From positions 21,122 to 85,121 of the forward strand of contig JAQUYN010000001.1 in assembly GCA_028691835.1 (NCBI GenBank): a DNA stretch of 64,000 nucleotides, in the 5' to 3' direction. Source of the stretch: Alphaproteobacteria bacterium (GTDB lineage Bacteria; Pseudomonadota; Alphaproteobacteria; UBA9219). The stretch's first letter is position 1. Each line of letters starts with the position of its first letter. Both the position numbers and the translations under genes were made by a program. Below, in pieces: positions 1 to 8,145 of the stretch. Under the pieces are notes generated by a model. The model did no database searches. It was not told the DNA's origin and saw nothing but the letters and a program-made list of their open reading frames with translations.

Positions 1-491
1 CCTGCGCTGTTTTTAGGAGCAATGCGCGTTTTGCATTGCTGTATTGGCATCGCCGTTCCTTCAAGCCCAGCGAGAACGCACTTTATGTCAGCATGGACGC
101 CTAGACTTTCCATTCTGTTGAACGCGAGATCATTGTCCCCAGCGAAAGATTTGATCATTGTCTCTTGCGACTTAAACACGCCCAGCAGTTCTCCTCCTTT
201 TCTCTTGATCGTATGGAGAACCGTATCGAAGAAAACCTCGCAACTATCGAAGCCATCAATAACCTTGACGTCCATTCTCTCGCGCCGGATGCCTTCTCCT
301 TCCAAAAAGGAAATGCCAGCTCCTTCAAATGCCTGACGGATTCGCGCGGTCGTGTTCTCGCGCGGCGATAGGTTACCGATTTCGAGATTGCGGATCGTGC
401 CAGACGAAATCCCTGATGCTTGCGCTAGTTCCTCTCGCGACCAATCGAGCATACCTCTCGCGGCTCTCATCTGTGCGGCACTTATGAACAT
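1..491 (-). CDS. XRE-family helix-turn-helix protein, partial (C-terminus lies beyond left edge); paralog of 1326..1994
   Basis: Own minus-strand translation from ATG at 491..489 gives MFISAAQMRAARGMLDWSREELAQASGISSGTIRNLEIGNLSPRENTTARIRQAFEGAGISFLEGEGIRR... This aligns with the N-terminus of the 1326..1994 product. It is absent from the ORF track because no stop lies inside the window. Confidence 0.7.
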   Translation of the reverse strand, partial: MFISAAQMRAARGMLDWSREELAQASGISSGTIRNLEIGNLSPRENTTARIRQAFEGAGISFLEGEGIRRERMDVKVIDGFDSCEVFFDTVLHTIKRKGGELLGVFKSQETMIKSFAGDNDLAFNRMESLGVHADIKCVLAGLEGTAMPIQQCKTRIAPKNSA

Positions 492-518
492 GGCAAAAAT
501 CTCTTTCGTTCGTAAAAA

Positions 519-851
519 TCAGTTCAAAACTTTGTCGATTTCTAAATCGACAAGAAACTCTATCATTTGTTGGTAATACCGGGACGGAAGCGTTTTCACG
601 TCCTCTCCGCCAAATTTAGCGGTCAGAATTGAAGCAACTGTGTTTTCGCAAACGCCCTGCGTATAGCCGACATAGGCGATCATGCTGTAAACGGCCTGCA
701 ACTCGATTTCATTAAGGGGCTTCTCGCCCATTTTCTTGAGAGCCATATAGCCAGAGGTAAGAAGGCTCAGGTCACCGGAGGAAATCTCCCGACCTTCTGT
801 GGCATCGTTGAAAATCTCTTCGGGGGTCTTGGCGGTTTGCTGTTTGCTCAT
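519..851 (-). CDS. hypothetical prophage protein (110 aa)
   Basis: ORF-track ORF with an AAGGAA Shine-Dalgarno about 8 nt upstream of ATG 851. No motif I can name. Confidence 0.55.
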   Translation of the reverse strand: MSKQQTAKTPEEIFNDATEGREISSGDLSLLTSGYMALKKMGEKPLNEIELQAVYSMIAYVGYTQGVCENTVASILTAKFGGEDVKTLPSRYYQQMIEFLVDLEIDKVLN

Positions 852-866
852 AATGGAGTTTCCTTA

Positions 867-1034
867 TTAAGCCGCGCTGCGAGTTGGTTCAGTGGCGCGG
901 AGGAAACGCTCCCAACGTTCTTCAAGTGTCATGGAGCAAGCATGCTGTACGCGGTTATCTCGTTCCCATATATGAAGGATGTCCCAAATGAAGTTTTCGC
1001 CGTGATTTTTGTAAAAAGTTTCAAAATCCAACAT
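867..1034 (-). CDS. small hypothetical protein (55 aa), apparently coupled to 519..851
   Basis: Own translation gives MLDFETFYKNHGENFIWDILHIWERDNRVQHACSMTLEERWERFLRATEPTRSAA. Its TAA stop lies 15 nt before the next start. It falls below the 60-aa ORF-track cutoff. Confidence 0.35.
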   Translation of the reverse strand: MLDFETFYKNHGENFIWDILHIWERDNRVQHACSMTLEERWERFLRATEPTRSAA

Positions 1035-1325
1035 TTTTGTCCCTCTTTGGTTAGAATGCGTTATCAGACCGCCTTATTTTGATAACGTAACGCAATTTTA
1101 GATCGAAAGCAATATAATAATGGTATTCCGTCGCAACGCAATTAGTTATGGTAACTAACGCATAAAACCCATCATGAAGTGCGTTGAAACTACGAATTAT
1201 GATAAGTTTGGGGGTACTGTTACCAAAAAATGGTAGATTCCTATTATTTTTAGGTAAAATGTTTTTAATTCCCTCTTAGGATTTTGCGTGTTATAAAGAT
1301 ATAAATTAGTTATGAAGGGCATGTT

Positions 1326-1994
1326 ATGATCACGGGAAAGCAAATTCGCGCTGCTAGGGTGCTACTTGATTGGGATGCTGAGGATCTGGCGGCAAAGGCT
1401 GGGGTCAATCGGGAGACTGTGTTTAACATTGAGAGAAACTCCGTTCAGGCGCGTCCGGGGACACTCGAAAAGATTGAGCGGGCCTTCAACGAAAATCGTG
1501 TTGAGTTCCTAGACGACCAAGGCGTGAGATATAAGCCTGAAGATGTTGTCGTCTTAAACGGCAAGCCCGGACTGAAGCGGTTTTTTGATCTTATATACAC
1601 GCACGTTCAAATTTCGGGCGGCATTATCCGCCAAAATGGGATTGAAGAAAATCTGTTTGATCGATACGGGGGCGATGTAACGTTGGCCCACAGGAACCGC
1701 ATGGCGGTATTGGTCAACGCACGTAAGGACATTTTTGTGCGCGCGATCCTTTTGGAAGGCGACCAGAATTTCGTATGTACAAATTATTCAGATTACAGAT
1801 GGCATCCCAAGAAGATGCCGGACCCGATCCCCTATTATATTTTTGGAGAGACGGTTGGCATTTTCTCCTTCGTCGGGGAGCATGCGCCGAAAATTGTGAT
1901 GATTTCCTCTCCCGTTATTGCACAGGCCTACATCAAACAATTTGACCAAACGTGGGGACTAGCTTCCGTTCCCAGCACAATTAGCAAGGAATAA
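1326..1994 (+). CDS. XRE-family HTH regulator with a ~150-aa C-terminal domain of unknown function
   Basis: N-terminus ITGKQIRAARVLLDWDAEDLAAKAGVNRETVFNIERN is a typical HTH_3 pattern. It is preceded by a visibly AT-rich 240-bp region and followed 4 nt later by the next gene. Confidence 0.75.
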   Translation: MITGKQIRAARVLLDWDAEDLAAKAGVNRETVFNIERNSVQARPGTLEKIERAFNENRVEFLDDQGVRYKPEDVVVLNGKPGLKRFFDLIYTHVQISGGIIRQNGIEENLFDRYGGDVTLAHRNRMAVLVNARKDIFVRAILLEGDQNFVCTNYSDYRWHPKKMPDPIPYYIFGETVGIFSFVGEHAPKIVMISSPVIAQAYIKQFDQTWGLASVPSTISKE

Positions 1995-1997
1995 TAA

Positions 1998-3008
1998 ATG
2001 CAGAAAGCCCATGTTAGAAATCTTGAATTTTGTTGCGCCTTTAATAACAAGGAGGAGGCTATTTTTCTCGACGACATGATTGATTTGTTTATGGGCATGA
2101 ATGGTGGCCACGTTGGAAAGTATTGTTACGATGGGAGTAACTGGGACGCTGTAATCGAGAATTCAACAAACTATTATGTACCACGTGCGGATAACGAACT
2201 TGTGCTTCAAGCATCGGCTGAGATTCGTGATTTTATCCCCCAGCAAACGCCTTACGTTGATTTTGGCGTTGGCGGCGCGGTCGCGTTCAAGCATCACGTT
2301 CTTCCAATAATCAACCGTCTGAATAGCCCCCTTTATGTGGGTGTAGATTTCTGTGAAAGAGCCTTGGATTCAATTGCCTCAATTCAGAAAGACGAAGATC
2401 AAGGGTTTGCAGTGCAGACCGTTCAAATGGACTTCTTTGCACCAAACTCACGGATTCTTACATCAACGCCCTCTCTTGGCGTCATGAACGGGCTAACCGT
2501 GACAAACAAATACGGCACACTGCGAGACGTGAATGTTGCGAGTGATTTCGCGCGCGATCTTGACCAATTGTGTCGGCTTACAAACTTTGGCTGGCTCCTT
2601 CTGACAATCGATACAAACCAAGACGAGACTTCCTTGCGCGACGCCTATGAAACGCCCATGACAAGTCGCCTCTATCTCAACGTCTTTCACCGCATGGCCA
2701 ACACGCTTCCTGTGAACGATTTTGATCCGTCACTTTTCGTCTATGAACCTGAATGGCATCCAGAGCTACATCTGTTTGCCCATATGGCGAAGGCAACGGA
2801 AGCTCAGAGTTTCTCTCTTGGGTCTCATCATTTTTCTGTAAAGAAAGGTGAGAAGATTCATCTTTTGAATTCTTACAAGTTCAGCAAAGACTTCTTTGAC
2901 TCTTGCAGTAGCAAGGCGGGGCTGCGTGTGCAAAAAATTTGGCATCACGAAACTCCTATGAAGCTTTACATGCTTGCAGGTAAAAACGCCGACAGGATAA
3001 TCCAGTAA
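1998..3008 (+). CDS. SAM-dependent methyltransferase, EgtD / Methyltransf_33-like
   Basis: YYVPRADNELVLQASAEIRDFI..YVDFGVGGA (motif I), LGVMNGLTVTN and a C-terminal FSVKKGEKIHLLNSYKFS..AGLRV segment match, from memory, the EgtD pattern YYPTR(T/A)E..L....EI, LGSG, FLGSTIGN, GE.i.tE.S.KF. Confidence 0.6.
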   Translation: MQKAHVRNLEFCCAFNNKEEAIFLDDMIDLFMGMNGGHVGKYCYDGSNWDAVIENSTNYYVPRADNELVLQASAEIRDFIPQQTPYVDFGVGGAVAFKHHVLPIINRLNSPLYVGVDFCERALDSIASIQKDEDQGFAVQTVQMDFFAPNSRILTSTPSLGVMNGLTVTNKYGTLRDVNVASDFARDLDQLCRLTNFGWLLLTIDTNQDETSLRDAYETPMTSRLYLNVFHRMANTLPVNDFDPSLFVYEPEWHPELHLFAHMAKATEAQSFSLGSHHFSVKKGEKIHLLNSYKFSKDFFDSCSSKAGLRVQKIWHHETPMKLYMLAGKNADRIIQ

Positions 3009-3135
3009 AACTTTCCCTTTCCTATCGGTGGTTCTGCGCGCTTTTCATCGCCACGTTGTCCCCCACCAGCGCAATAGCTGGCGAACGAAGCGGGTAAAAG
3101 GCCGAAGGAATGGGGACTGCGACAACATACTGCGC

Positions 3136-3336
3136 TCAGGCCGCTCTAGCTTCTTGATGGTTTGGACGTTCGTATTGCATGGCCAGATCGAATATGGCTA
3201 CGGCCTTGTTGGCTGCTATAAGTGCGTCCGCGTCGCGCCCCGCTCGAACCAAGGCATATGTCCGTAAAATAAATCTCTTGGATTGCCAAAGCAAAAGGCG
3301 TCCCCACAGGTTCAGGTTTTCGTCATACTTATCCAT
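3136..3336 (-). CDS. small hypothetical protein (66 aa)
   Basis: ORF downstream of the repressor gene, with the palindromic operator 3361..3375 just upstream of its start. No recognisable motif. Confidence 0.35.
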   Translation of the reverse strand: MDKYDENLNLWGRLLLWQSKRFILRTYALVRAGRDADALIAANKAVAIFDLAMQYERPNHQEARAA

Positions 3337-3360
3337 ATCATGCCCCTCAAATCGAAAATG

Positions 3361-3375
3361 TTACCAATTCGGTAA
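3361..3375. promoter_or_regulatory. 15-bp palindromic operator candidate TTACC-N5-GGTAA (copy 1: TTACCAATTCGGTAA)
   Basis: Perfect inverted repeat read directly. The same half-sites and spacing recur at 4060..4074 and 7948..7962, all in prophage intergenic regions. Confidence 0.5.
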
Positions 3376-3427
3376 GAAATGGCAAATTTGGGGGCGTAGA
3401 GTCAAGAAATGAATCGACTGGCGGGGG

Positions 3428-3874
3428 TTATTTTGCGCGGCGCTTATTAAACTTAACAACATGGGCAGCAAGGTTCACCGTCTCTCGATGGTTCATATGG
3501 CCATCAAGCACCTCGCGGTAAACATAGTTTGACCAATCGACAAGCTCTTGGCGGGAAACGTCCACGTCGAGCTTCTCTGCGGTTTCAAATATTGCGCCTA
3601 AAATCGTTCCCATAAGCGCATCATCGGCCTTCTTGCCCCCGAATTTCTTGCTAACCGGAAGATCCACGATTTCATCGGCTGTAGCGTCCAGAGCGCCACA
3701 AATCCTTAGCAGCCATTCGATGGTCAGCTTGCGGACGCTTTTCTCAAGCCTGTTAACTTGGGCAGTGGACGTGCCTAGCTTTAACGCCAAGGCTTCTTGC
3801 GTCATCCCACGCGATTCACGAACAGCTTTGATGTTGTTCGTTACCGTTTCCTGTTTTTGCTTTATCGCCTTCAT
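3428..3874 (-). CDS. cI/XRE-like prophage repressor (148 aa)
   Basis: IKAVRESRGMTQEALALKLGTSTAQVNRLEKSVRKLTIEWLLRICGALD is an HTH_3 motif. The gene is divergent from the replication operon across a 246-bp operator-rich intergenic region. Confidence 0.8.
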   Translation of the reverse strand: MKAIKQKQETVTNNIKAVRESRGMTQEALALKLGTSTAQVNRLEKSVRKLTIEWLLRICGALDATADEIVDLPVSKKFGGKKADDALMGTILGAIFETAEKLDVDVSRQELVDWSNYVYREVLDGHMNHRETVNLAAHVVKFNKRRAK

Positions 3875-4059
3875 AATTCGCCTTTATCGCCTGTTTGTGC
3901 ATCGCACAGTTACCTTATAGCACATTTACCGAAAACTGTTTACCATTTAGGAAATACCGCCTGTTAATAATTTATCTCATTACCATACTGTATTACGCCC
4001 TTTTTAGCAGGAAAATAACGAAAGTAAAAGCAAAAAAGAAGAATCCCGCTTGAATCATT

Positions 4060-4074
4060 TTACCGAAATGGTAA
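4060..4074. promoter_or_regulatory. 15-bp palindromic operator candidate TTACC-N5-GGTAA (copy 2: TTACCGAAATGGTAA)
   Basis: Perfect inverted repeat about 85 nt upstream of the Toprim gene start. A one-mismatch copy (TTACCATTTAGGAAA) lies at 3940..3954, and further TTACC half-sites lie at 3910, 3927 and 3980. Confidence 0.5.
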
Positions 4075-4159
4075 TGTAGCCTCACGCAAGGCGGTTTTTC
4101 CTTATTTCAAAAAAAGCCCCTTGGCGCGCTTACAACTTACATCATCGGGAGAAAAGATC

Positions 4160-4984
4160 ATGGCGGATCAAGGGGATCGTGCGTCTTTTGGCGTGGTTAC
4201 ACCATCGGATAAAGGACAAAAAGCAGAAAACAACGGGCTGGGCAACGAAACGGGGGGCACAAAGGGGCGAACACAAGCCCTGTCCCTTGAAAAGGGGCGC
4301 ATGACCGTCCGCGCTTTTATCCGCAAGGCGCAGATTGCCGCATCCGATCATGTGCAGAGGAAGCAAAAGGTTGACTGGTCACAGCGCATTTTTAACGAGA
4401 GCTGGGCGATCACAGACACGGACGGGGAACGCTATCTCTTTTCACGCGGGATCGAATTTGCGGAACAGCCGCCGCCTGAAGCCTTGCGCTTTCATTCCTC
4501 CGTTCTACACGAACCGACGCACAAACATTATCCTGCGTTGATCGCGGCGGTGACCAATGCCGATGGCTGCCTTGTCGGCATTCACCGCACCTATTTGCAG
4601 CCGGGCGGGAAAAGCAAAGCTGACATCCCCTTCGGCGGAACCAAGCGGATGCTGGGCGACTGCTACGGCTCCTTCGTTCGACTTTCTACAAACGTCGAAA
4701 AGAAACTAGTCATTACCGAAAGTATCGAGACAGCCCTGACCATCATGCAGGCCTGTCCTGAATATCCCGTCTGGGCAGCCATGTCACTTGGTAACATGAA
4801 GGCTCCCGTGCCATCGCACGTTCAGGAAATTATCCTTTGCGCCGATGGCGACAATCGTGACCCGAACGCAGCCGAACGCCTCCTCATGGATGCCGTGCGC
4901 CTTCAGCAGGAGGCCAACCATCGCGTGTTGATCGCGCGACCACCGCAAGGGTTGGACTTCAACGATTTGCTGTTGACGGAGTGA
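4160..4984 (+). CDS. Toprim-domain protein (primase-like, DUF7146/Toprim type)
   Basis: C-terminal LVITESIETALTI...ILCADGDNRDPNAAERL...PPQGLDFNDLLL gives the Toprim E and DxD signatures. Start moved to ATG 4160, which has GGGAGA 8 nt upstream; the ORF track starts at TTG 4121. Confidence 0.7.
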   Translation: MADQGDRASFGVVTPSDKGQKAENNGLGNETGGTKGRTQALSLEKGRMTVRAFIRKAQIAASDHVQRKQKVDWSQRIFNESWAITDTDGERYLFSRGIEFAEQPPPEALRFHSSVLHEPTHKHYPALIAAVTNADGCLVGIHRTYLQPGGKSKADIPFGGTKRMLGDCYGSFVRLSTNVEKKLVITESIETALTIMQACPEYPVWAAMSLGNMKAPVPSHVQEIILCADGDNRDPNAAERLLMDAVRLQQEANHRVLIARPPQGLDFNDLLLTE

Positions 4985-4991
4985 TGGTCAT

Positions 4992-5963
4992 TTGCGCGTC
5001 CTCGACCTTTTCTCCGGCATCGGCGGCTTTTCTCTCGGACTTGAAGCAGCAGGAATGCGAACCGTCGCTTTTTGCGAAATCGAGCCTTATTGCCGTGCCG
5101 TCTTGCGAAGGCACTGGCCGAACGTGCCGATCCACAAGGACGTGCGCGCGCTCGACGGCGGGCAATACAGGGGCACAGTCGAGCTTATTTGCGGGGGATA
5201 CCCATGCCAGCCCTTCAGCATGGCAGGACGCAGGCGTGGCACAGAAGATGAAAGACATCTCTGGCCGCAAATGTATCGCCTTGTTCGAGAGATCAAACCG
5301 CGATGGGTCGTTGCCGAGAATGTTGCTGGCCATATTAGCCTCGGCTTCGATGAGGTTACCACATCGCTGGAAGCTGAAGGCTTCACCGTCTGGCCGTTTG
5401 TACTTCCAGCTTGCGCCGTTGGCGCCCCGCACAGACGGGATCGAGTCTGGATTGTGGCTCACGCCAACCACAACAGCCATTGCACAACGCAGCCAAGCAG
5501 CCATGAGCAAGCGGCAGGCTTGGAGGAATGCGTCGGGGCGCAAGACCGTGCCACCGGGGAACCTTGCCGAGCAATTGACGGTATCCGGCGTGATGCCGTG
5601 TGCGGACATGATGAAGCCCTCTCTGCTGCCGACACCACGCGCAGGCAAGCAATCGGGCAAGAGCGGCGAGGGTTTTTCAAAGACACTGCTGGAAGCCCTG
5701 CTGCCGACGCCATCGACGAGCGATGCGAAGGGATCTTCGGCGAAGAGGTTTCGGGGCAGTCCAGAATCTCACGGAAACTTGCGCGAGGTCTTAAGAGATG
5801 GACCGACGGATGGCCAGTATCCGCACCCCGCCTTTGTCGAGTGGATGATGGGATACCCCATCGGACACAGCGTTTGCGCGCCCTCGGCAATGCCATCGTC
5901 CCGCAAATCCCGTTCCTTATCGGGCAAGCCATCCTGCAATACGAGCGGGAGGCAAGGTCATGA
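4992..5963 (+). CDS. DNA (cytosine-5)-methyltransferase
   Basis: Motif I DLFSGIGGF, motif IV GGYPCQPFS, motif VI ENV, motif VIII HRRDRVWIV, motif X RLRALGNAIVPQ. TTG start. Confidence 0.85.
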   Translation: MRVLDLFSGIGGFSLGLEAAGMRTVAFCEIEPYCRAVLRRHWPNVPIHKDVRALDGGQYRGTVELICGGYPCQPFSMAGRRRGTEDERHLWPQMYRLVREIKPRWVVAENVAGHISLGFDEVTTSLEAEGFTVWPFVLPACAVGAPHRRDRVWIVAHANHNSHCTTQPSSHEQAAGLEECVGAQDRATGEPCRAIDGIRRDAVCGHDEALSAADTTRRQAIGQERRGFFKDTAGSPAADAIDERCEGIFGEEVSGQSRISRKLARGLKRWTDGWPVSAPRLCRVDDGIPHRTQRLRALGNAIVPQIPFLIGQAILQYEREARS

Positions 5964-6181
5964 CGTATGAAACGCTTTTCTCGCGCTGTACGTTTCTTGA
6001 TTGCGACAGAGTCGTCCCGAACAGGGTAGCCCCCATCGAGCATGTTACGCTGGGTGAAGCTATCGACTTACGCCACAGGGACGCATGTGGCCAAGGACGC
6101 ATCAGCGAGGAAAGTTTTCAGAAGATCCGCGACTTTCGCGCCAAGATGGCGGAATACGACAAACAATGGGGTCGGAAATGA
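5960..6181 (+). CDS. hypothetical protein (73 aa)
   Basis: ATGA start/stop overlaps with both neighbours (5960/5963 and 6178/6181) suggest translational coupling within the replication operon. Confidence 0.45.
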   Translation: MTYETLFSRCTFLDCDRVVPNRVAPIEHVTLGEAIDLRHRDACGQGRISEESFQKIRDFRAKMAEYDKQWGRK

Positions 6182-7188
6182 ACAACCCGAACCCTTGGAG
6201 CAAATTTTTCTGGAATGACTGGGAGAATGACCCAGCCCTACGCTTGTGCTCATTGGCAGCACAAGGCCTCTGGATGCGGCTTCTCTGCATCGCGGCAAAA
6301 TCCAGCCCGACTGGCTTCGTAATCGTAGCAGGACGACCTTGTTCCTCGACGGACATCGCTCTTTTGACCGGTGTGGCCGAACAGGAAGTCGAAACGCTTA
6401 TCGGTGAGCTTTCTCGGAACGGCGTTTTTTCCCGCGACACACTGGGCCGCATGTATTGCAGGCGCATGATCCGCGACAACAAGAAACGAAACAAACTGCG
6501 CCAAAACGGCGCGAAAGGAGGACAAGCCAGCTTCTTGAATGGTAAGGGCGTTTTCGCACCGACCGAGCAAAAAGCCGAGCAAGCAACCGAGCAAGCCACC
6601 CAGCCCCAGAAGCCAGAGTCCAGAGTCCATAAGCCAGAAAGAATAACCCCCGAAGGCCCCCCTGTGGTTTTGGCACAATCGAAACCGAAAGCGGTTGTCC
6701 ATGCGCTGGCTTCCGATTGGTCTTTGCCGGAGGAATGGAAGGTCACGTCCCTTGAACGCAATTGGGGATCTGCGGCTATCGACAAACAAGCCGTAAAGTT
6801 CAAGCAGTATTTTGGTTTTGGCAAAGGCAGCGACATCAAGCGCAGCGAAAAAGGCTGGCGTCAGACATGGCTCAATTGGCTTGATCGAGCGTTGAAGATC
6901 GATCCTGATGCGGCAACCTTTGGGAAGGCGGATAGTCCGGCAGTTCCTACGAGCTATCCGCCCTTGCCGGAAGCCGTGCGCCAAAAACTGAAAGGGCATT
7001 TTGCCTTCAACGAAAGTTTCATTCAGCGGTGGCTTGCGCCGTGCGTCTTTGATCTTGACGCTGGCACCATTGCCGCGCCGTCGCGCTTTCAAGCCGACTA
7101 TCTCGAAACACATTACGGGTCGAGCCTGCGCCATGCTTTGGGCGATGGGCTGCAAATCCTCGTTTCCAAGAAAATAGGAGTGCTATGA
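6178..7188 (+). CDS. DUF1376 (YdaU-like) phage replication-associated protein
   Basis: N-terminus MNNPNPWSKFFWNDWENDPALRLCSLAAQGLWMRLLC fits the DUF1376 pattern W..F...DW..D..L..LS....G.Y..LL. Start set at ATG 6178, which overlaps the upstream stop. Confidence 0.65.
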   Translation: MNNPNPWSKFFWNDWENDPALRLCSLAAQGLWMRLLCIAAKSSPTGFVIVAGRPCSSTDIALLTGVAEQEVETLIGELSRNGVFSRDTLGRMYCRRMIRDNKKRNKLRQNGAKGGQASFLNGKGVFAPTEQKAEQATEQATQPQKPESRVHKPERITPEGPPVVLAQSKPKAVVHALASDWSLPEEWKVTSLERNWGSAAIDKQAVKFKQYFGFGKGSDIKRSEKGWRQTWLNWLDRALKIDPDAATFGKADSPAVPTSYPPLPEAVRQKLKGHFAFNESFIQRWLAPCVFDLDAGTIAAPSRFQADYLETHYGSSLRHALGDGLQILVSKKIGVL

Positions 7189-7415
7189 TCCTGTATCCAT
7201 CACTGACGGGCGACGGACGGGCGTATGCGCTCGGCATACAAAACCAATCCTATTTGGATATATTCCGACTGGCTGTTTCCATATCGGCAACAAAAGCCGG
7301 AATTTCTTCAGGAAAATCAGTCATAAATAACGGAATATCAACCATACCGTGCCATACTGATCGAAACTGGCAGGAGATGCTGTGCCGCCGGAATGCGGAG
7401 GCGCAGCATGGCTAA
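7185..7415 (+). CDS. hypothetical protein (76 aa), doubtful
   Basis: ATGA overlap with the upstream stop. No motif. The region contains the hairpin GTATGCGCTCGGCATAC and could instead be regulatory. Confidence 0.3.
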   Translation: MILYPSLTGDGRAYALGIQNQSYLDIFRLAVSISATKAGISSGKSVINNGISTIPCHTDRNWQEMLCRRNAEAQHG

Positions 7416-7893
7416 ACGGCGACGCAAAAAAGTGCCACTTCCTGCCCGCCAAGGAGAACGGGCAACGATGGAAAGACGCCTACAATTGGGTGGCGTGGTA
7501 GCGGAAGTTATTGATCGCGATTTACGTGGGAACCCCTTTATGAAGCGTGATCGAGCGCGGTGTGAATGTGTGCTCGATGATTATCTCTATCGCCTTCTTC
7601 TCACCTTGTCCGAACACGAAGCAGGTATGAAGTTCCGCTGCGCCTATCTGCGCGGCGTTTGCCGTGTCATGGTAGACGATCCCAGCGGGGGTGGCGAGTA
7701 TGATCCAGAAATGGCCATGCTTATCGTGCCTATCAGCGAAGAGATTTTGCGCGAGGCGTACAAGGTTTTGACCAAAGCGCAGAAAGAAATCATGATCCGC
7801 GTTTGCGGGCACGGTGAATGGGCGGGCGGCACCGATAAACTTGAAACGCTTCGTCGCGCATTGGAACGTTTGGTCACGCTTTGGAAGCTCTGA
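7408..7893 (+). CDS. hypothetical phage protein; possible HTH/sigma-region-4-like regulator
   Basis: GGAGG lies 6 nt before ATG 7408. The basic N-terminus is KRRRKK. C-terminal LTKAQKEIMIRVCGHGEW only loosely resembles a LuxR/sigma-r4 HTH. Confidence 0.5.
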   Translation: MAKRRRKKVPLPARQGERATMERRLQLGGVVAEVIDRDLRGNPFMKRDRARCECVLDDYLYRLLLTLSEHEAGMKFRCAYLRGVCRVMVDDPSGGGEYDPEMAMLIVPISEEILREAYKVLTKAQKEIMIRVCGHGEWAGGTDKLETLRRALERLVTLWKL

Positions 7894-7947
7894 GAAATTA
7901 TTTTTCAGATCATTGCATTTTCCCTATTGACGATCCCATGTTTTCTG

Positions 7948-7962
7948 TTACCGTTTCGGTAA
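7948..7962. promoter_or_regulatory. 15-bp palindromic operator candidate TTACC-N5-GGTAA (copy 3: TTACCGTTTCGGTAA)
   Basis: Perfect inverted repeat in the 330-bp gap between the replication operon and the ParB/terminase operon. Confidence 0.5.
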
Positions 7963-8145
7963 GGTCGGGAGACGTGGGAAAGGAAGCCGCAGAAAGATTT
8001 TCTGGGGCTTTTTTGATGGCCTTTTCCTCCCGCCGCGCACTGCCTCTCTAGGCTGCAACCTCTTGACAATCAAGGTACTTCCAGCCCGAAAACCTATGCG
8101 GGCGGGCGTAGCGCGGAACGTTTCTAGCGACAGAATCAAAAAAGG

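Noticed and set aside
837-1082. 81-aa plus-strand ORF between 851 and 1082.
   Set aside because: It overlaps a better-supported minus-strand small ORF that is coupled to 519..851, and it has no RBS.
1220-1236. TTACCAAAAAATGGTAG as a fourth operator copy.
   Set aside because: The spacer is 7 nt rather than 5, and one half-site is degenerate (GGTAG). It is noted only as a possible relic.
4959-6043. Minus-strand ORFs 4959..5660 and 5459..6043 over the C5-methylase gene.
   Set aside because: They are Arg/Ala/Pro-rich antisense translations without motifs. This shows the region is stop-poor in several frames, which also tempers the dual-frame finding.
6102-7155. Long minus-strand ORFs (6102..6839, 6250..7155) antisense to the DUF1376 gene.
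   Set aside because: They have no motifs and mirror a GC-rich coding region. The plus-strand gene has a recognisable domain and coupled starts.
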